This document shows, piece by piece, positions 17,157 through 25,749 of a DNA stretch of 33,087 nucleotides (positions within the stretch are counted from its first letter, which is position 1; each line of letters begins with the position of its first letter). This DNA is from Minisyncoccota bacterium. GTDB taxonomy: Bacteria > Patescibacteriota > Minisyncoccia > UBA6257. The notes below the pieces were generated by a model. The model saw only the letters and a list, made by a program, of their open reading frames with translations. It did no database searches and was not told the DNA's origin. A program made the translations under genes and the position numbers. The stretch spans positions 1 through 33,087 of the forward strand of contig DASRPB010000018.1 of the NCBI GenBank assembly GCA_035646575.1. The letters are read 5' to 3'.

Positions 17157-18395
17157 TTATTCTATTGGTAGCCCTATTGGCGGCTCTCCTTTTTTACTCA
17201 AAACCCTTACCAGCGAAGGAGTTTTAACTTTTAATGCTGGGAAATGATAAATTGTTGATAACTCTTCTGTATTTAGAATCATACCATTTTGTGATATTTT
17301 TCGCTTTAAACAATTTTGATAAAAATCCATTTTTTTTAAAAAGAGTCTTCTGTTCTGAAAAATTTTTGTTTTAAGAACCGTAGAAGCATCTTTATTAATC
17401 TTAAAACCATTAAGATCTTTTGAATTAAATTGTTTTAGAAAAGCCATAAATGCAGAAACATTAAATTCATTAAAAATCTTTTTTGGAGAGATATACACTA
17501 ATCTTATAACTGTATTAAATGACAATTGATTTATCTTTTTTTCAATTGATTTAACTACATCTTTTTCTCCAGGAGAAAGAACTATAGGTGCTCCATCTTT
17601 CTTTTCCTCTTTTGAAGGCCAAGATAAAGGTTCGGCTACTCCCAACAAAAGATTTTTAAAGAAAGCGCCAATCCAATCTTGCCATGTAATTTTTTTGCTT
17701 TTTTTCTTTCCCAACATACTATTAACTTTTTCTTTTCCTTCATCCATAAATTTCTTTTCGTTTTTACCAGAAAGAGGTTTAATAATAATCTCTAAAATAA
17801 GTAATTCCGACTTTTGAAGTTTATCAATGCTTTCTGCAAAACTTGATATTGGATCAATTCTTTTTTCCTCTTTTAATTCCTCAAAATAAGAATAAGTTTT
17901 AATAGGATAATAATTTTCTTTTTCTAAAGCAATTTCAGTCCCCCATAGATCAAAATCCTTGTTTGGTAAATTAGCTGGGAGACGCAAAAAATAATCATCA
18001 ATTTCTTTAATTTCTACTTCTGGATATTGAGCATAAAATTGTGATATTACTAAATTTTTATATTCTTTAGGAGCGCGAATAATAAAATATAACCCCCTAT
18101 CCATTCCAACTAGCTCTAAACAAATATAACCTTTCTCTATAACGTGCAAGCCATTAAATACTTGCTCCATGGCTTTAGGAGTTTGCAAAATCTCTTGATT
18201 AACTTTTACTTTTAAAACAATCCAATCTTTTATTCCTTCTTTCTCTTTTTTCTTCTTCTCTTCATATTTTCTATTCAAATCAATAAAAATTTTCCCAAAA
18301 ATAATAAGGGCTAATAGCCACCAAAATTCACGAAAAATTGTTCCTAAGAAAATTAAAATAATTCTTAGGTAATAAAAAAAAGTAGAAAAAGGCAT
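17157..18395 (-). CDS. Hypothetical membrane protein (two N-terminal TM helices plus a large soluble domain), partner of the downstream ATPase
   Basis: Hydrophobic segments FFYYLRIILIFLGTIF and FWWLLALIIFGKIFI, then a K/E-rich soluble region. 4-nt gap to the ATPase start. 1-nt TAATG overlap with the upstream gene. No family recognised. Confidence 0.65.
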   Translation of the reverse strand: MPFSTFFYYLRIILIFLGTIFREFWWLLALIIFGKIFIDLNRKYEEKKKKEKEGIKDWIVLKVKVNQEILQTPKAMEQVFNGLHVIEKGYICLELVGMDRGLYFIIRAPKEYKNLVISQFYAQYPEVEIKEIDDYFLRLPANLPNKDFDLWGTEIALEKENYYPIKTYSYFEELKEEKRIDPISSFAESIDKLQKSELLILEIIIKPLSGKNEKKFMDEGKEKVNSMLGKKKSKKITWQDWIGAFFKNLLLGVAEPLSWPSKEEKKDGAPIVLSPGEKDVVKSIEKKINQLSFNTVIRLVYISPKKIFNEFNVSAFMAFLKQFNSKDLNGFKINKDASTVLKTKIFQNRRLFLKKMDFYQNCLKRKISQNGMILNTEELSTIYHFPALKVKTPSLVRVLSKKGEPPIGLPIE

Positions 18396-19549
18396 TAAAC
18401 CTCTAATATTTTATAGGACCTAACTAAGCTATAATGTTTATTTGGTAATTTTTTAAAATACTTCTTATTGTGAAGATTTAAAATAATAGTATTGTCTTTA
18501 GCCATTCTACGCTTCTTAACCTCCTTAATGATTACTTCCTGTTTTAATGATTTTCCTGCCTCTTGTAAAATATCTTTAATAACATTTACTATTTTTCCTG
18601 GTTTATATCCCCATTCTCCTAACGCATAAATTCCACGTCCAATAAGGACAAAACGAGAATCACGGATTAATTCATTGTGTACAGTTTGAATACACACTTT
18701 CTTTTGCCAAGAATGAGAAACAACACATGCTGGAACAGATATTTCATTACATTTATTAAGACGTTTAGTAATATCAGAAAAATGCAAAGGTTCTTTAGAA
18801 TGTTTCATTATCAAATATGCTCTATCTCGAGCGCCAGATGGATCTATTTCAATCCAATCAAATAAACCATACTCACCAAAAGGATTCATACCAACTTTTT
18901 GAGATATTTGTAAATAAGCTATCAATTCTTCTTTGTTTATATTAGAAGAAAGATTCTTTTTGGCCCAAGATAATATCTCGTCTACTAAACAAGAAGATTG
19001 TTTTTTCTTAAAACATTTTTCTATATCTTTAATATTTTTATATATTTTATCTTTAGAAATTTTAGAAAAATGCCAAAAACCATGATATAAATTATTTTCT
19101 TCTTCAAATACAAAACCAGGATTTAATAATAATAAAAATTTAATAGCTGATAAACTCCCTTCTGATTTTTTAAATTCCTTGTTTATTTTATTAATTAATT
19201 CTTCATTTTCTTCCACTCCCCCGCTTTGCTTTAAAATCTTTTCAGCTTGTTTCATAAAAACATCAGCCATTTTTAAAACCGGCTGCTTTTTAATAGTTTT
19301 TAAAGACACCTCTATAATTTGCCTAATTCTTTCTCTAGTAATTTTATAATCCTGACCAACTGCTTCTAATGTTCTAGGATAATTGTCATCAAGACCAAAT
19401 CTTTTTCTAACAATATCTTGTGTTCGAGAGGGTAAAATTGCAATAATTTTAAGAGCCAACTGATGTGGGCTCTCTTTACTTAAATTAACGTTATTCATAT
19501 TCATATTAATATTAATTAAAGCAAGAAATAAACAAAAAGTCAATATCAA
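18395..19549 (-). CDS. DNA-binding protein with a sigma-70 region-4-like HTH and a HARE-HTH-like winged helix
   Basis: [31 protein letters not shown] matches sigma region 4. AYLIMKHSKEPLHFSDITKRL....DSRFVLIGRGIYALGEWGY matches the HARE-HTH pattern of RNAP delta subunit. The true start may be an internal Met (MNMNN, about 19498-19504), because the first 15 aa look like a spurious hydrophobic extension. Confidence 0.65.
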   Translation of the reverse strand: MILTFCLFLALININMNMNNVNLSKESPHQLALKIIAILPSRTQDIVRKRFGLDDNYPRTLEAVGQDYKITRERIRQIIEVSLKTIKKQPVLKMADVFMKQAEKILKQSGGVEENEELINKINKEFKKSEGSLSAIKFLLLLNPGFVFEEENNLYHGFWHFSKISKDKIYKNIKDIEKCFKKKQSSCLVDEILSWAKKNLSSNINKEELIAYLQISQKVGMNPFGEYGLFDWIEIDPSGARDRAYLIMKHSKEPLHFSDITKRLNKCNEISVPACVVSHSWQKKVCIQTVHNELIRDSRFVLIGRGIYALGEWGYKPGKIVNVIKDILQEAGKSLKQEVIIKEVKKRRMAKDNTIILNLHNKKYFKKLPNKHYSLVRSYKILEV

Positions 19550-19561
19550 ATAGGATCAAGC

Positions 19562-20449
19562 TTATGCTCGCTTCAGTGCCCAATCATATAATAATGGAGC
19601 AGCAAGACAAATAGAGGAATAAGTGCCTATAATTACACCGCTAATCATTGCTGTAACCAGAACTTTAATAGAAATAGGACCTAAGAAATATAGGGCTATT
19701 AATGGAAAAACTGTAGTAAGAGAGGTATTTAAGGATCGTAAGAGCGTTTGATTAATACCTAAATTAATAATTCCTCGTAAGTCTTCCTTTGTTTTCAAAT
19801 GTATATTCTCTCTAATCCTATCAAAAACCACAATTGTATCATGAACAGAATAACCAGCTACTACCAATAAAGCCACTAAAAAATCTGAATTTACCTCCCA
19901 TCCCTTTAATTTTCCCAATAAAGAAAATATTCCTACAATAAATATTGCATCGTGTATTAATACTGAAACTGCTAAAACCCCATAACGATAAGATGGGATA
20001 CGAAAAGAAGAATGACGAAAAGCATACCATAGGTATGTTAGAATCCCGAAAAAAACTAAGAAAACTGCCCAAATAGACTTTGATTTTAATTCTTGACCAA
20101 TAGAAGGACCGATTGACTCAAATTTTCTTTCTTGAATTGAAGGAATTATTTCTCGTAATCCTGAAAATAATTGAACGTGTTTTTCTTCAGAAATATTAGA
20201 AAAACGCAATATCAAACTATCTTCATTTGTAGTTTGAACATTAATTTGTCCTAACTCTTTATCTTCTAAATAATCTGAAACTTTGCTCAAGCCATTATTC
20301 TGAATATCTGGTACTGTTAATTCCCAAAGAGATCCTCCTGTAAAATCAATTCCCCAATTCAATCCAAAAATTGAAAGACATAAAAAAGAACCAACAATCA
20401 TTGCTATTGAAAACCCATAAAATATTTTTCTTTTTTGAATAAAATCCAT
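19562..20449 (-). CDS. secF: Protein translocase subunit SecF
   Basis: GIDFTGGS motif, six-TM layout, SVHDTIVVFDRIREN motif. Follows secD. Confidence 0.92.
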   Translation of the reverse strand: MDFIQKRKIFYGFSIAMIVGSFLCLSIFGLNWGIDFTGGSLWELTVPDIQNNGLSKVSDYLEDKELGQINVQTTNEDSLILRFSNISEEKHVQLFSGLREIIPSIQERKFESIGPSIGQELKSKSIWAVFLVFFGILTYLWYAFRHSSFRIPSYRYGVLAVSVLIHDAIFIVGIFSLLGKLKGWEVNSDFLVALLVVAGYSVHDTIVVFDRIRENIHLKTKEDLRGIINLGINQTLLRSLNTSLTTVFPLIALYFLGPISIKVLVTAMISGVIIGTYSSICLAAPLLYDWALKRA

Positions 20450-20451
20450 AC

Positions 20452-21774
20452 CTACTTATTTGTTGTTAAAACTTGTAAGAAAAGCCTTGTAATATATAAA
20501 GCAGTAATTAAACTTACTACTACTCCAATTGCTAATGTAACAGAAAATCCTCTTATCATGCTCGATGTGAAATAATAAAGAATCACAGCAGAAATTATTG
20601 TAGCGATATTAGAATCTCGAATAGCAGGCCATGACCTCAGAAAACCATCTTCCATTGAAATCCTTATTGGTTTATTTTTCTTAATTTCCTCTTTAGCATG
20701 TTCAAAAATCAAAATATTTGCATCTACTGCCATACCAATAGAGAGAATAAACCCAGTAATACCAGCCAAAGTAAGAGTCACCGGCAACGCTTTAAAAATA
20801 CTCATCGTTAAAATAACATAGATTATTAAAGAAATGGAAGCCAAAAACCCAGGCATCTTATAAAAAACAATCATAAAGATAAGAACTAAAATAAAACCTA
20901 GAAGAGCTGCCTTGGCTATTTTCCCGATTGATTCTTCTCCTAAAACAGCACCAACAGATTGCTGAGAAACTAAGTTAATTGGAACAGGTAAAGCACCTTG
21001 ATTCAATCTTGTTACTAATTCTTTTGCTTCTGGTAAAGTAAATTCGCTAGAAGAAATCTGCGCTTTACCTGAAAGAATTTCTTCACGAACTACAGGAATC
21101 GTAATTGGATAATTATCTAAATAAATTGCTAATGGTTGTCCAACATTCTTTTTTGTTAAAACAGCAAAAATCTTTCCGCCTTCATCATTAAATTGAATAT
21201 TAATTATAGGTAGAGAATTCTGATCAAATCCTAATTCTGCTCTTTCTAAATATTGTCCTGTTAAAGAAGTCTGTTTAAAATATGGATCAGTCTGCATAAT
21301 GCTTAAATCAGGCTCTTCCTTATTGGACTCTTCCTCTTGTAATTCTAATATTGCTTTGGCTTCTTCTTCAGTACGAGCCTCTTTAAATTCCAAATATGGA
21401 GTTTCTCCAATCATTTTAATCGCTTCTTGAATATCTTTAATTCCAGCTAACTCTACTATTAAACGCCATTTTTCTCCGCTTTTATTGATTTGTACACGTG
21501 GCTCTCTTACTCCTGAATAGTTTATACGTCTTTCTATTACATCTCTTAAACCATCCATTGCTGAAGCATGATCAGAAACTTCAATATTATTTAAATCAGC
21601 TTCATAAAGTAAAAGTGTTCCACCAGAAACATCAAGCCCAAAACTAAAAGGCCTCTCAAAAAAACTTGGAAGTATAATCCCCTTTTCTCGTAATCCATCG
21701 GGATAAATAAAAATCCCCAATAAAATGGTGATAATAAAAATCCCAATAATAATTAATAATTTTTTATGATTCAT
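20452..21774 (-). CDS. secD: Protein translocase subunit SecD
   Basis: LGLDVSGGT-like motif (FGLDVSGGTLLLYE), periplasmic domain, and C-terminal six-TM region with GMAVDANILIFE. Confidence 0.92.
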   Translation of the reverse strand: MNHKKLLIIIGIFIITILLGIFIYPDGLREKGIILPSFFERPFSFGLDVSGGTLLLYEADLNNIEVSDHASAMDGLRDVIERRINYSGVREPRVQINKSGEKWRLIVELAGIKDIQEAIKMIGETPYLEFKEARTEEEAKAILELQEEESNKEEPDLSIMQTDPYFKQTSLTGQYLERAELGFDQNSLPIINIQFNDEGGKIFAVLTKKNVGQPLAIYLDNYPITIPVVREEILSGKAQISSSEFTLPEAKELVTRLNQGALPVPINLVSQQSVGAVLGEESIGKIAKAALLGFILVLIFMIVFYKMPGFLASISLIIYVILTMSIFKALPVTLTLAGITGFILSIGMAVDANILIFEHAKEEIKKNKPIRISMEDGFLRSWPAIRDSNIATIISAVILYYFTSSMIRGFSVTLAIGVVVSLITALYITRLFLQVLTTNK

Positions 21775-21896
21775 TTCTTAATCTTCTACTATCCTATCAA
21801 AAATTTTAATTTAATACAACCATTAAACTTCATTAATTTTTCTCTTTAATATACTTAAGTTTCTCATTAATTCTATCTTCTGAGTTCATAATAACA

Positions 21897-22079
21897 TTAA
21901 AGCCCAATTTGAATTGATATCTTAAAAAAGTAAAAAATTATCAGCCAGAAGATTGAGACAAATATTGCTCCGGCTATAAATCCAGAAAGGGAAGAAGCCA
22001 ATGTTTTACCTATCTTAAATTTAAACTGCCGTTGTTCTTCAGAAATAAAATCCTTAAACAAAGAATTTGATTTATTCAT
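21897..22079 (-). CDS. Hypothetical small membrane protein (60 aa, C-terminal TM helix)
   Basis: ORF with one clear hydrophobic segment (GFIAGAIFVSIFWLIIFYFF). No homology recognised. Position upstream of secD. Confidence 0.35.
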   Translation of the reverse strand: MNKSNSLFKDFISEEQRQFKFKIGKTLASSLSGFIAGAIFVSIFWLIIFYFFKISIQIGL

Positions 22080-22087
22080 ATTTTTTA

Positions 22088-22435
22088 TTATTTATATTGC
22101 AACGACCTTCTTTGTGTTGTTATTTTATTAATTATTATACCACAATCTTTTTTCAAGCCATAGCAAATAAAAAAAAACAAACTCAAAAGCTTGGGTTTAT
22201 ACACTATTTTCCCGGGAAGACACTTCCCTTTTCTTCTATAACTAAATTCGACAAATTGTTTAATACTATCTTCGTTTAATCGCTTTTTTATTTCAGGTGA
22301 TAAATTTATATCCCGAATATAATCATAAACTGTAGTTTTTGGAAGATTAACAATTTCCATAATATCTCCTAAACTAAATCCACTTCTTCTCAAGATTCTG
22401 CATCTTCGTATTAACAGTGGGTCTGCTTTACGCAT
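22088..22435 (-). CDS. Small HTH-domain protein (resolvase/homeodomain-type HTH), possibly a truncated or decaying gene
   Basis: I trimmed the tracked ORF 22088-22507 to Met25 (ATG 22433-22435) because its first 24 codons lie over the tRNA. RRCRILRRSGFSLGDIMEIVNLPKTTVYDYIRD is a typical three-helix HTH. The C-terminal third is odd, low-quality sequence. Confidence 0.4.
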   Translation of the reverse strand: MRKADPLLIRRCRILRRSGFSLGDIMEIVNLPKTTVYDYIRDINLSPEIKKRLNEDSIKQFVEFSYRRKGKCLPGKIVYKPKLLSLFFFICYGLKKDCGIIINKITTQRRSLQYK

Positions 22436-22446
22436 ATTTATAAAAT

Positions 22447-22522
22447 TGGTGCCCTCACCAGGACTCGAACCTGGAACCTTATCCTTAAAAGGGATCTGCT
22501 CTACCAATTGAGCTATGAGGGC
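22447..22522 (-). tRNA. tRNA-Lys (anticodon UUU), 76 nt with genomically encoded CCA
   Basis: The reverse complement folds by hand as a cloverleaf: GCCCTCA TA GCTC AATTGGTA GAGC A GATCC CTTTTAA GGATA AGGTT CCAGG TTCGAGT CCTGG TGAGGGC ACCA. Confidence 0.92.
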
Positions 22523-22527
22523 AACGA

Positions 22528-23007
22528 TTATTCTTTTTTTCCGTTTTTGATTTTTTCAATCTTTTTTTCTAATCGTTTTTCAAACGGCAAAACAACAAAG
22601 TTAATCAAAACAATCAATACAGTAGCAGATATTGCCAACCAATATAATTCTAATCCTACTGCGGCTCCAACTGCTGATGTTGTCCACATCATTGCAGCAG
22701 TAGTTAACCCCTCAACTATTCCCTCTCTTTGTCTAAAAATAATAATTCCAGCTCCTAAAAATCCTATCCCAACAATAATCTGCCCTAAAGTTCGTGATGG
22801 ATCTAAGCTTGATACTCCTAAATATTGAATAAAACTTAAACGAGAAATCATTACAAACAAAGCTGATCCTAAGCTAATTAAAGAAAACGTTCTTAATCCT
22901 GCTGCTCTTTGGGCCCATTCTCTTTCAAGACCAATTAAGGCGCCAAGAGTAGCAGCTAAAATTAATCCCTTTAAACTTAGAAGAAAAATACTTGACGGAA
23001 TATCCAT
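22528..23007 (-). CDS. MgtC/SapB family membrane protein
   Basis: ALIGLEREWAQRAAGLRTFSLISLGSALF and GIGFLGAGIIF motifs are typical of the MgtC N-terminal membrane domain. Confidence 0.85.
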   Translation of the reverse strand: MDIPSSIFLLSLKGLILAATLGALIGLEREWAQRAAGLRTFSLISLGSALFVMISRLSFIQYLGVSSLDPSRTLGQIIVGIGFLGAGIIIFRQREGIVEGLTTAAMMWTTSAVGAAVGLELYWLAISATVLIVLINFVVLPFEKRLEKKIEKIKNGKKE

Positions 23008-23048
23008 TGTAGAATACTATAACATCAGACAAATAAAAAATCAATAAT

Positions 23049-23609
23049 ATGATTTCTACAACTGATTTTGAAAAAGGAATGGTTATTAAAGTTAATGGTG
23101 AGCCTTGGCAAATCACTAATTTTGAATTTTATAAGCCAGGAAAAGGTGGGGCGGTAATGAGAACTGACTTAAAAAACTTCCAAACAGGAAAAGTCGTACA
23201 AAAAACATTTCGCTCTGGAGATAAATTTGAAGAAATAGAAACAGAGTATCAACCTGCTATCTATATATATAGCGATAAAAAATCAGCTTTTTTTCAATTA
23301 GAAGGCAGCAATGAACGAATTAGTTTTCCTCTTGAAAAAGTAGAAAAATTTATTCAATTTTTAAAAGAGAAAAGCGAAGTTTCAATTGTCTTTCTTGATG
23401 AAAAACCAATTAATATCAATATTCCAATAAAAGTAGAGCTATTAGTTGTTGAAGCCCCAGCAGCAATTAAAGGAAATACTGTTTCAGGAGGTATAAAAAC
23501 TGTAACTTTAGAAACAGGATTAAAAATTAATACACCACTCTTTATAAAGGAAGGTGATATATTAATTATTAATACTGAAACAGCAAGCTATGTATCAAGG
23601 GCAAAGTAA
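23049..23609 (+). CDS. efp: Elongation factor P
   Basis: MISTTDFEKGMVIKVNGEPWQI...YKPGKGGAVMRT with the conserved loop lysine (PGKG). Three-domain length. Confidence 0.93.
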   Translation: MISTTDFEKGMVIKVNGEPWQITNFEFYKPGKGGAVMRTDLKNFQTGKVVQKTFRSGDKFEEIETEYQPAIYIYSDKKSAFFQLEGSNERISFPLEKVEKFIQFLKEKSEVSIVFLDEKPININIPIKVELLVVEAPAAIKGNTVSGGIKTVTLETGLKINTPLFIKEGDILIINTETASYVSRAK

Positions 23610-23610
23610 G

Positions 23611-25383
23611 TTATTTAACTGTAACGCTTTTTGCTAAATTACGAGGCTTATCTGGATCTATCCCTTTTTCCAAAGCAATATAATAGCCTAGAAGAAGAAT
23701 TGGAATAATATTTACTAAAAGAGAAAAAATCTCTTCAACACCTGGAACTTCAATAAAAAAATCAAAATCTTTTTTCTTCTCAGGACCTATCCCAATAATA
23801 TAAGCACCTCTGCTTTGTAATTCCATTGCGTTTATTAAAGTATTGTCTTCTTCTTCACATTTTGATAAATGTATTATGCAAGGTGTTCCTTTTTCTATCA
23901 ATGCAATCACTCCATGCTTTAATTCTCCTCCTGCAAAAGCTTCTGTGTGAATATAACAACCTTCTTTAATTTTCAATGCAGTTTCTAATGTAGTTGGATA
24001 ATTAAAACTCCTACCAATTACATAAATATGTTTTGTTGAAGATAATTTTCTAGATAATTTCTTTATCTTAGTAATAAATAATTTACTCTCTAATAGCTGA
24101 CTTATTTGTCGGCTTATTTTTTTTAAATCTTTTTCTCCTTTTTTATACTGACCAAAAATAGAATAAAAAAGCAAAATGATTAAACTTAATTGAGATAAAT
24201 AACTTTTTGTTGCTAAAACGCATTTCTCAGGACCAGCATTAATCATTAAAACATAATCACTTATCCTTGTTAAAGTAGATCCCATTACATTTACTAAAGA
24301 TAAAACTTTTAAACCTTTTTCTTTAGCTTTTTTTACTGCTTCTATTACATCAATAGTTTCCCCGCTCTGAGAAACAGCAATTAACAAAGTTTTTTTATCT
24401 AATGTTGGTAGAAAATTTTTAAACTCACTAGCAGCACTAAAACCAGTGGACTTCCCTATTGAGGAAAATAAATATTTGCCAGCTAAACAAGCATGCCCAG
24501 CAGTCCCGCAAGCTACAAAAAACAAATTAGGACTTTTTTTTATTAAATCTGCTATTAATTTCAATTTTTTATTATCCTGACAAACAGCTTTTTCAATGGC
24601 TTCCGGTATCTCTTTTATTTCCTTTATCATAAAATGCGGATGTTTTCCTTTTTCTGCTTCTTCTTGAGTCCATTTTATTGTATCAATTTTCTTTTTTAAT
24701 ATTTTTTTTGAAAATAAATTCTTAATATTGTATGTTTTGCCATCAATGATATGCACTAAATCTCCATCATCTAAAAATATAACTTTATTTGTTTTGTTCA
24801 AAAAAGCCGGTACATCTGAAGCCAAAAAAAGCCCTTTATCTCCTATCCCCATAACCAAAGGAGATCCTTTTCTCGTACCAATAATTTCTCCTGTTTTTTT
24901 ATCTAAAACTACAACAGCAAATAAACCTTTCAAGCGATGAAAAGTTTTTTCACAAGCAATAATAAAACTATTATTTTTTCTATATTCTTCAATTAAGTGA
25001 GGAATAACTTCTGTGTCGGTCTGAGAAATAAAATGATGACCTTTTTTAATTAATTCTTCTTTTAAATCTTCATAATTCTCAACAATTCCATTATGAACAA
25101 CAAAGATATTTTTATCACCAGAAAAATGAGGATGAGCATTAGCTACTGAAACTTTGCCGTGAGTTGCCCATCTTGTTTGCCCAACTGCAACAGAAGAATT
25201 TGAAAGATTATTTAGTCCTTGAAACTCACCAATTTTTCCAACTTTTTTTAATAAATGAGCCTTTTGATTATTTAAATAAACTATACCCCAAGAATCATAT
25301 CCCCTATATTCTAGATATTTCAAACCATTTATAACAATTGAAGTAGCGTTTTCTTTTCCTTTGTAAGCAATAATTCCACACAT
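23611..25383 (-). CDS. glmS: Glutamine--fructose-6-phosphate aminotransferase (isomerizing)
   Basis: MCGIIAY N-terminal nucleophile, two SIS domains, and a C-terminal ...KPRNLAKSVTVK tail. Confidence 0.93.
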   Translation of the reverse strand: MCGIIAYKGKENATSIVINGLKYLEYRGYDSWGIVYLNNQKAHLLKKVGKIGEFQGLNNLSNSSVAVGQTRWATHGKVSVANAHPHFSGDKNIFVVHNGIVENYEDLKEELIKKGHHFISQTDTEVIPHLIEEYRKNNSFIIACEKTFHRLKGLFAVVVLDKKTGEIIGTRKGSPLVMGIGDKGLFLASDVPAFLNKTNKVIFLDDGDLVHIIDGKTYNIKNLFSKKILKKKIDTIKWTQEEAEKGKHPHFMIKEIKEIPEAIEKAVCQDNKKLKLIADLIKKSPNLFFVACGTAGHACLAGKYLFSSIGKSTGFSAASEFKNFLPTLDKKTLLIAVSQSGETIDVIEAVKKAKEKGLKVLSLVNVMGSTLTRISDYVLMINAGPEKCVLATKSYLSQLSLIILLFYSIFGQYKKGEKDLKKISRQISQLLESKLFITKIKKLSRKLSSTKHIYVIGRSFNYPTTLETALKIKEGCYIHTEAFAGGELKHGVIALIEKGTPCIIHLSKCEEEDNTLINAMELQSRGAYIIGIGPEKKKDFDFFIEVPGVEEIFSLLVNIIPILLLGYYIALEKGIDPDKPRNLAKSVTVK

Positions 25384-25385
25384 AA

Positions 25386-25745
25386 TTATCTTGGATCTAT
25401 TTTAAGTCCGTCATTAAAACGACGAGGAATAATATGAATATGAGGGCGATGAGCAACAGCTGATTGAGCTGCTTCTCCTTGATTAATTAAAAAACTATAT
25501 CCATCAGCATTTATTTCTTTTATGTATTTTTCCGCCAAACTACGAGCTAAAATACAAATCTTTTGCCATTCCTGTTCAGGCATTTCTTCGGTATTAGAAT
25601 AATGATTTTTAGAAAATACAACAAAGTGTCCTTCGCTTATAGGATTAATATCAAAAATAGCTAAAAAGCTATCATCTTCATAATATTTTTTTGATGGAAT
25701 TTCTCCTTTAATAATTTTACAAAAAATACAATCTTCTTTTAACAT
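25386..25745 (-). CDS. HIT family (histidine triad) protein
   Basis: CIFCKII.GEIPS start and the histidine triad HRPHIHIIPR. Confidence 0.88.
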   Translation of the reverse strand: MLKEDCIFCKIIKGEIPSKKYYEDDSFLAIFDINPISEGHFVVFSKNHYSNTEEMPEQEWQKICILARSLAEKYIKEINADGYSFLINQGEAAQSAVAHRPHIHIIPRRFNDGLKIDPR

Positions 25746-25749
25746 AATT

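Noticed and set aside
15602-19549. Reading the T4CP-like module as part of an integrated conjugative element
   Set aside because: No relaxase, VirB4, pilin, integrase, flanking repeats or compositional break is visible. The genes are packed at operon spacing between secDF and ddl. This cannot be fully excluded without more context.
19839-20072. 77-aa minus-strand ORF nested in secF in another frame
   Set aside because: It lies entirely inside the well-supported secF frame, has odd composition and no start signals.
21897-22079. The 60-aa ORF upstream of secD as YajC
   Set aside because: YajC has an N-terminal TM helix followed by a conserved soluble domain. This ORF has a C-terminal TM helix and no YajC-like motif.
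22436-22507. N-terminal 24 codons of tracked ORF 22088-22507 (MVEQIPFKDKVPGSSPGEGTNFIN)
   Set aside because: This stretch largely lies over the tRNA-Lys gene on the same strand (VPGSSPGEG comes from the T-arm). The ORF was trimmed to Met25.
23008-23048. Mg2+ (M-box) riboswitch or long leader for mgtC
   Set aside because: The divergent mgtC/efp intergenic region is only 41 bp, too short for any known riboswitch. It is probably just back-to-back promoters, which I cannot place reliably in AT-rich sequence.
22508-23116. ORFs 22508-22828 (+) and 22925-23116 (-)
   Set aside because: The first is antisense to mgtC. The second overlaps the mgtC start and the efp start in an alternative frame. Both are better explained as chance ORFs.
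25384-25385. Possibility of a glmS ribozyme/riboswitch upstream of glmS
   Set aside because: Only 2 nt separate the HIT gene stop from the glmS ATG, so there is no room for a 5' UTR element.
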